Source of the DNA: an uncultured Alistipes sp.
Lineage (GTDB): Bacteria > Bacteroidota > Bacteroidia > Bacteroidales > Rikenellaceae
DNA: 64,000 nt
Direction: 5' to 3'
Assembly (NCBI GenBank): GCA_944320625.1
Contig: CALUIG010000002.1
Span: forward strand, 3,803 to 67,802
Shown: in pieces, positions 58,148 to 64,000 of the stretch
Layout: every line of letters begins with the position of its first letter
How positions within the stretch are numbered: position 1 is the first letter of the stretch
Notes under the pieces: model-generated
What the model saw: only the letters and a program-made list of their open reading frames with translations
Told to the model about the DNA's origin: nothing
Databases searched by the model: none
Translations under genes and position numbers: made by a program

Positions 58148-61100
58148 ATGAGAAAATTTGTACTATCGTTAGTCGGACTGCTTGTCATCGCAAGTTTTGC
58201 CTTGGCTCAATCCAAGCAAGTCCGCGGACGGGTCGTCGACGAAAACGGAACTCCGGTGATCGGAGCCACCGTCGTGGTCAAGGACAATCCGACGATCGGA
58301 ACCTCCACCGATGCAAAAGGCGAGTTCATTCTCAAGAACATCCCCGCCGGCCCGAATCAAAAACTGCAAATATCCTTTATCGGCTACAAAACCCAGGAAA
58401 CCGATGTCAAGGAACGGCTCTCCATCCAACTCGAACCCGATGCTCAGGCCGTTGAAGCCGTCGTCGTCACGGGTATGACCAAAATCGACAAACGACTCTT
58501 CACCGGAGCCTCCGACCGACTCGTCGCCGAAGACGTCATCCTCAGCGGTATGGCCGACGTCAGCCGTTCGCTCGAAGGACGTGCCGCCGGTGTCTCCGTG
58601 CAGAACGTCTCCGCGACGTTCGGTACTGCACCCAAAATCCGCGTGCGTGGCGCAACCTCCATCCTCGGCAGCTCCAAACCCCTCTGGGTCGTCGACGGTG
58701 TGATCATCGAAGACGTGACCGAAGTCAGCGCCGACGAACTCTCCTCGGGAGATGCCGTCACGATGATCTCCTCGGCCATCGCCGGTCTCAACTCCGATGA
58801 CATCGAGAGCATCAACATCCTGAAGGATGGATCCGCAACCTCCATCTACGGTGCCAAGGCCATGGCCGGCGTGATCGTAGTCACCACCAAGAAGGGTCGG
58901 CCCGGGACTACGAGATTCAACTACACCGGCGAGTTCACCACCCGTCTGAAACCCGATTACAGCCAGTACAACATCATGAACTCCCAGGACCAGATGAGCG
59001 TCTATCAGGAACTGGCCAAAAAGGGCTATTTCAACTTCGCTGAGACTCTCCGTGCCAAAGAGTACGGCGTATACGGCAAAATGTACAGCCTGATCAACAC
59101 CTATGACCGGACCTCCGGACTCTTCGGACTCGACAACACCGAAAGTGCCCGGAACGGGTACCTCCGCCTGGCCGAGTACCAGAATACCGACTGGTTCGAC
59201 TTGCTGTTCCAGAACTCCGTGATGATGAACCACTCGGTCAGCGTCTCCACCGGTACGGAACGCTCCACGTCGTACATGTCCATGAGCGTGATGACAGACC
59301 CGGGCTGGTATGAGCGCAGCAAGGTCAACCGTTACACGTTCAATGCCAATACGACCTTCAAGATCCTGGACAATCTGAGTCTGAACATCCTCGGAAACGG
59401 AAGCTACCGAAAACAGGAAGCCCCCGGTACGCTCAGCCAGGATGTCGATGCCGTGAACGGCGAAATCAAGCGCGATTTCGACATCAACCCCTTCAGCTTC
59501 GCCATGAATACCTCCCGGACGCTGGACCCGGACGAGGATTACGTCCGTAACTACACCTCGTTCAATATCTTCGAGGAGCTGAACAACAACTACATCGAGA
59601 TGGATGCCACCGACATCCGTTTCCAGGGCGAACTCAACTGGACGATCATCCCCGGACTGGAATTCAACTCCCTGGCCTCGTTCCGGTACACCTCGACCTC
59701 GATGCAGCACCACATCAAGGACGATTCGAACCAGGCTCGCGCCTACCGCGAAATGTCCGACGCCGTGATCCGCGACAAGAACCCCTATCTCTACGACGAT
59801 CCCGACGAACTGAATGCCCTGCCCGTCTCGATCCTCCCCAACGGCGGTATCTACGAGAAGCGGGAATACAAGTCGCCCAGCTACACCATCCGTAATGCGA
59901 TCACCTGGAACAAGTCCTTCAACGACATCCACCTGCTCCACCTCTACGGCGGTATGGAGATCACCTCGGTAGAGCGTACAAACGACTGGTTCCGCGGCTG
60001 GGGACTCCAATATAACCAGGGCGAACAGGCCTTCTACAACTACCTGGCATTCAAGAAATCCGCAGAAGACAACGCCGACTACTTCACCCTCTCGAACACG
60101 CGTCGCCGCTCGGCGGCCTTCTTCGCCATGGCCAACTACTCCTACAAGGGCCGCTACTCGATCAACGGAACGATCCGCTACGAGGGCACCAACCGTCTGG
60201 GCAAGGACCGTTCGGCCCGCTGGCTCCCGACCTGGAATGTCGGAGGCGCCTGGAACCTCCACGAGGAGAAGTTCTTCGAACCGATCGAACGGGTCATTTC
60301 CCACCTGACCCTCAAGGGTTCCTACAGTCTTACGGCCGATGCCGGGCCCGACTACATCTCCAATTCGAGTGTCATCATCCAGAGCTACAACACACCCTAT
60401 CGCCCGACCGCCGGCGACAAGGAGACCGGACTGCAGATCTCCATGCTCGGAAACTCGGCCCTGACCTATGAAAAGAAGCACGAGTTCAACCTCGGACTCT
60501 CCTCCGGATTCCTCAACAACCGCATCAACCTGGAGTTCGACATCTACTGGCGCAACAACTTCGACCTGCTGGGTCGGACCAACACCCAGGGTACGGGCGG
60601 TGAAATCTGGAAATACGCCAACATCGCAGACATGAAGTCGCGCGGCGTGGAGTTCACCCTCTCGACCCGGAACATCCAGAAGAAGAATTTCAAGTGGACA
60701 ACCGACTTCACCTTCTCCTGGAGCGAACAGGAGATCACCAACCTGCACACCGATGCCAACATCATCAACCTGGTACAGGGTACGGGTTACAACCTCGAAG
60801 GTTATGCTCCCTATTCGCTCTTCTCGATCCCGTTCAAGGGCCTCGACACCGAAGGATTCCCGATATTCGAGATCGGAGGCCAGACCATCACCAAGGAGAA
60901 CTATTCGAGCATCAACTTCCAGAACACGGACGAAGAGGTGCTCAAAACGCTCAAGTATGAAGGACCGACCGATCCGGTCTATACCGGAGGCTTCGGCAAT
61001 ACGCTTACCTACAAGAATTTCCGACTCAATATCTTCATGACCTACGGATTCGGCAACGTCGTGCGCATGAACCAGATCTTCAAGTCCTCCTATTCGGACT

Positions 61101-61495
61101 TCTACGCCATGTCCGACGAGTTCAAGAACCGCTGGATGGTACCCGGCGACGAGGCCCGGACCAACATCCCCACGATCGCCAGCCAGCGTCAGTTGACCGA
61201 ATACGGAGCCCTCTACATGCAGCGGGGCTACAACGCCTACAACTATTCGAGCGCCCGGATCGCCAAGGGCGACTTCATCCGCATGAAGGAGATTTCGCTC
61301 ACCTACGACTTCCCGAAGAGCTGGATCAAGAAGGCCAAACTCGAAAACCTCTCCCTGAAGGTCCAGGTGACGAACCCCTTCCTGATCTACGCACACAAGT
61401 CGCTGAACGGACAAGATCCCGAATACTATCAGTCGGGTGGCGTTTCATCGCCTCTGGCCCGCCAGTTCACCTTTACCCTGAAATTCGGATTCTAA
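58148..61495 (+). CDS. SusC/RagA-family TonB-linked outer membrane protein
   Basis: Signal peptide; CarboxypepD_reg-like N-terminal domain; IRVRGATS, DIESINILKDGSATSIYGAKAMAGVIVVTTKKG; C-terminal Phe. Confidence 0.95.
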   Translation: MRKFVLSLVGLLVIASFALAQSKQVRGRVVDENGTPVIGATVVVKDNPTIGTSTDAKGEFILKNIPAGPNQKLQISFIGYKTQETDVKERLSIQLEPDAQAVEAVVVTGMTKIDKRLFTGASDRLVAEDVILSGMADVSRSLEGRAAGVSVQNVSATFGTAPKIRVRGATSILGSSKPLWVVDGVIIEDVTEVSADELSSGDAVTMISSAIAGLNSDDIESINILKDGSATSIYGAKAMAGVIVVTTKKGRPGTTRFNYTGEFTTRLKPDYSQYNIMNSQDQMSVYQELAKKGYFNFAETLRAKEYGVYGKMYSLINTYDRTSGLFGLDNTESARNGYLRLAEYQNTDWFDLLFQNSVMMNHSVSVSTGTERSTSYMSMSVMTDPGWYERSKVNRYTFNANTTFKILDNLSLNILGNGSYRKQEAPGTLSQDVDAVNGEIKRDFDINPFSFAMNTSRTLDPDEDYVRNYTSFNIFEELNNNYIEMDATDIRFQGELNWTIIPGLEFNSLASFRYTSTSMQHHIKDDSNQARAYREMSDAVIRDKNPYLYDDPDELNALPVSILPNGGIYEKREYKSPSYTIRNAITWNKSFNDIHLLHLYGGMEITSVERTNDWFRGWGLQYNQGEQAFYNYLAFKKSAEDNADYFTLSNTRRRSAAFFAMANYSYKGRYSINGTIRYEGTNRLGKDRSARWLPTWNVGGAWNLHEEKFFEPIERVISHLTLKGSYSLTADAGPDYISNSSVIIQSYNTPYRPTAGDKETGLQISMLGNSALTYEKKHEFNLGLSSGFLNNRINLEFDIYWRNNFDLLGRTNTQGTGGEIWKYANIADMKSRGVEFTLSTRNIQKKNFKWTTDFTFSWSEQEITNLHTDANIINLVQGTGYNLEGYAPYSLFSIPFKGLDTEGFPIFEIGGQTITKENYSSINFQNTDEEVLKTLKYEGPTDPVYTGGFGNTLTYKNFRLNIFMTYGFGNVVRMNQIFKSSYSDFYAMSDEFKNRWMVPGDEARTNIPTIASQRQLTEYGALYMQRGYNAYNYSSARIAKGDFIRMKEISLTYDFPKSWIKKAKLENLSLKVQVTNPFLIYAHKSLNGQDPEYYQSGGVSSPLARQFTFTLKFGF

Positions 61496-61516
61496 TACCA
61501 AACGTTTCGAACGATC

Positions 61517-63019
61517 ATGAAAAAAAACATATTGCATACCTCATGTAAATACCTCCTGCTGTTGTCGGGATCGGCGCTGCTCTTCGCTTCGTGCAACAAG
61601 TTCCTCGACGAAATGCCCGACAACCGCACGGAACTCGACAATCCGGACAAGATCACTCAGATGCTGGTCTCGGCCTATCCCTATATGCCGGCGAACCTCC
61701 ACGAACTGATGTCCGACAACGTCACGGACTACAGCAAGAACGTCGACATCTATGACGCCATGTTCGAGGAGGCCTACCTCTTCCAGGAGACAACCGACGA
61801 GGCCCAGGATTCCCCCTCCTACGTCTGGGAGGAGAACTACAAGGCCATCTCCGCCGCCAATCACGTCCTGGAGGCCATCGAGAACTACGAGGGCAGCGAG
61901 GACCTTTCGGCCCAGAAGGGCGAAGCACTCCTCTGCCGGGCCTATGCGCACTTCATCCTCTGCAACACCTTCTGCCAGGCCTACAATCCCGAATCGAGTG
62001 CCACGGACCTCGGAATCCCCTACATCACGGAGCCCGAAACAACCGTCTTCACCGAACACGGACGCGAAACCGTGGCTGAAGTCTACGAGAAGATCGCAAA
62101 GGACCTCGAAGCCGGTCTGCCGCTGATCGACGACAACCTCTATTCACATCCGAAATACCACTTTACGAAGAAAGCGGCCCATGCCTTCGCCTCGCAGTTC
62201 TACCTCTATTACGGCAAGTACGATCTGGCAATCTCGAATGCCGACCAAGTAATCGGTGAGGACCCGACCTCCCTGTTCCGCAACTGGGATCTCTTCACCG
62301 GGACCTCGTCGACCGAATACGCCAATGCCTACAACTCCTCGGACGAAGCGGCCAACATCTTCATCGTCGGATTCGGATCGGCCCATCCCCGGTTCCTCTA
62401 CGGCCGCTATATCCACACCTTCCAGCTGCAATCGGAAGTAGGACGAAGCCAGGGACCTTGGGGCAGCGCTCTGGATCCCTATTCGATCGCCTATGTATTC
62501 TCCAGCCGCAGCTATTTCATGCCGAAAATCACCGAATACTTCATGTACACGGATGTCGCAAACGGAATCGGATACCCCTATGTCACGCTGGTGGTATTCA
62601 CGACCGAGAAGACGATTCTCAACCGTGCCGAGGCCTATGCCCTCTCGGGAGAATACGATCTGGCGGCCCGCGACCTAAACTACTTCTACCGTCAGGCCGG
62701 CGCCAACACCTCGCTCAGCGCCGATGAGATCGCCGACTTCTACGAAACGGCGAATTCGAGTCTCAAGAAACCGCTCGCGCCCCGATTCACCCTGGAGCCC
62801 GGCAAGCAGACCAATCTGGTCCACGCCTGTCTGCACGCTCGCCGTATCGTGACCATCATGGAGGGCGGACGTCTGGAGGACCTCAAACGTTACGGCATTG
62901 CCTATACGCACGAGGTAGACGGTGCATCGAACATCGAAATCGAGCCCTACGACAAGCGTCTGGCCGTCCAGCTTCCCAAAGCGGTAGTAGCCGCCGGCAT
63001 GGAGCCCAACCCGCGTTAA
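61517..63019 (+). CDS. RagB/SusD-family lipoprotein
   Basis: Lipobox LFASCNKFLDEMPD; KGEALLCRAYAHF, DLGIPY, LNRAEAY, DLKRYG. Confidence 0.93.
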   Translation: MKKNILHTSCKYLLLLSGSALLFASCNKFLDEMPDNRTELDNPDKITQMLVSAYPYMPANLHELMSDNVTDYSKNVDIYDAMFEEAYLFQETTDEAQDSPSYVWEENYKAISAANHVLEAIENYEGSEDLSAQKGEALLCRAYAHFILCNTFCQAYNPESSATDLGIPYITEPETTVFTEHGRETVAEVYEKIAKDLEAGLPLIDDNLYSHPKYHFTKKAAHAFASQFYLYYGKYDLAISNADQVIGEDPTSLFRNWDLFTGTSSTEYANAYNSSDEAANIFIVGFGSAHPRFLYGRYIHTFQLQSEVGRSQGPWGSALDPYSIAYVFSSRSYFMPKITEYFMYTDVANGIGYPYVTLVVFTTEKTILNRAEAYALSGEYDLAARDLNYFYRQAGANTSLSADEIADFYETANSSLKKPLAPRFTLEPGKQTNLVHACLHARRIVTIMEGGRLEDLKRYGIAYTHEVDGASNIEIEPYDKRLAVQLPKAVVAAGMEPNPR

Positions 63020-63052
63020 TGGCTATCCAAAACCCTAAAAAGATTGTTCATC

Positions 63053-63991
63053 ATGAAAAAAATACTGCTTTACAGTCTCATGTTGACGTTCGGGGCATTC
63101 GCCACGACCGCCTGCGACGACGAGTCGCTGAGCTCCACGAGCGTCATCACCAATTCGGTCAACATCGAAACCGAATTCGACAAATGGCTCGAGGAGAACT
63201 ACCGCGCGCCCTACAACATCAACTTCTACTATCGCTACGAGGACATCGAAACGGACATGACCTACGATCTGGTCCCCGCCAAGGAGATCTACAGCCGCAT
63301 CCTGGCCAAGATGATCCGCTTCCTGTGGATCGATCCCTACACGGAGGTCACCGACATCCACTTCATGCGTGAGAATTCGCCCCGGATCATGCAAGTCATC
63401 GGCTGCGGAGCCTACAACAGCAACAACACGTTGCAGCTGGGTACGGCCGAAGGCGGTCAGAAGATCACACTCTACGTGGGCAACTGGCTCGAGGACTTTC
63501 TGAAAATCGACTATACGAACCGATCGAACGAGGACGACGGTTATACCGTAACGATCACCGACGTGGACATGATCAACCATTATTATCTGCATACCATCCA
63601 CCACGAGTTCGCCCACATCCTGAACCAGAAGATCGAATACTCCACCGACTTCAACACCATCTCGCAGAACGACTACGTGGCCCAGTGGAACACGCTCAAC
63701 GAAAGCGAGGCCGCAGAGATGGGATTCGTCAGCCCCTATGCTTCGAGCGCCTCGGGCGAGGATTTCGTGGAGGTATTCTCCTACTACCTGACCTGGAGCG
63801 AAGCCGAATGGCAGGCCAAACTCGAACAGGCCGGAACGAGCGGGGCCGATCGCATCGAGCGCAAACTGGCTATCGTGAAGTCCTATATGGCGGACAACTG
63901 GAACATCGACATGGACCAGCTCCGCGAGGTACTGGCCCGCCGCTACCAGGAGATAGATATGCTGGATTGGTCAAACTTTAATGCCGAATAA
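63053..63991 (+). CDS. Putative zinc-binding metallopeptidase lipoprotein
   Basis: Lipobox ATTAC; GTAEGG, HHEFAHIL (HExxH), GFVSPYA, EDFVE. Another ATG follows at 63997, at the window edge. Confidence 0.88.
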   Translation: MKKILLYSLMLTFGAFATTACDDESLSSTSVITNSVNIETEFDKWLEENYRAPYNINFYYRYEDIETDMTYDLVPAKEIYSRILAKMIRFLWIDPYTEVTDIHFMRENSPRIMQVIGCGAYNSNNTLQLGTAEGGQKITLYVGNWLEDFLKIDYTNRSNEDDGYTVTITDVDMINHYYLHTIHHEFAHILNQKIEYSTDFNTISQNDYVAQWNTLNESEAAEMGFVSPYASSASGEDFVEVFSYYLTWSEAEWQAKLEQAGTSGADRIERKLAIVKSYMADNWNIDMDQLREVLARRYQEIDMLDWSNFNAE

Positions 63992-64000
63992 ACAACATGA

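Noticed and set aside
3121-61414. Many long antisense ORFs (e.g. 3121-4974, 14332-16875, 19508-22978, 28177-31233, 52695-54884, 58169-61414)
   Set aside because: Each mirrors a well-supported gene on the other strand, which is expected from GC-rich codon bias. None has recognisable motifs.
1-64000. Mobile elements, prophage, defence systems, tRNA or rRNA
   Set aside because: No transposase, integrase, phage, cas or restriction genes and no tRNA or rRNA patterns were seen.

Overview
GC-rich Bacteroidota chromosome segment, most like Alistipes/Rikenellaceae. This is inferred from the recurring TAnnTTTG sigma-A promoters, the SusC/SusD genes and the gene content; no database search was run. Left to right: partial asnS; a truncated GH2-like gene; rlmH; a TonB receptor plus lipoprotein; nadC, an LTA-synthase-like gene and a DUF2156/GNAT fusion; a ~23.6 kb minus-strand nucleotide-biosynthesis supercluster (pyrC-carAB-pyrKDF-glutaredoxin-pyrE-pyrB, then purEKLCFMNHD-folD) with Bacillota-like enzymes; zupT, a cation antiporter, mutY and small membrane/regulator genes; an AsmA-family gene; a cobalamin-riboswitch-led B12 uptake locus; a polyprenol-sugar glycosylation module; cobalamin-riboswitch-led nrdDG; a ThrE pair; and a SusC-SusD-zinc-peptidase locus. 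The two strongest unannotated signals are (1) a perfect 18-bp inverted repeat, shaped like a tyrosine-recombinase site, flanking a promoter that points away from susC (candidate invertible promoter in the OFF state) and (2) leader ORF plus terminator attenuators in front of both the pur and the pyr operons, whose predicted peptides both start MN and end LLG-stop using different codons. No rRNA, tRNA, CRISPR array or transposase was seen.
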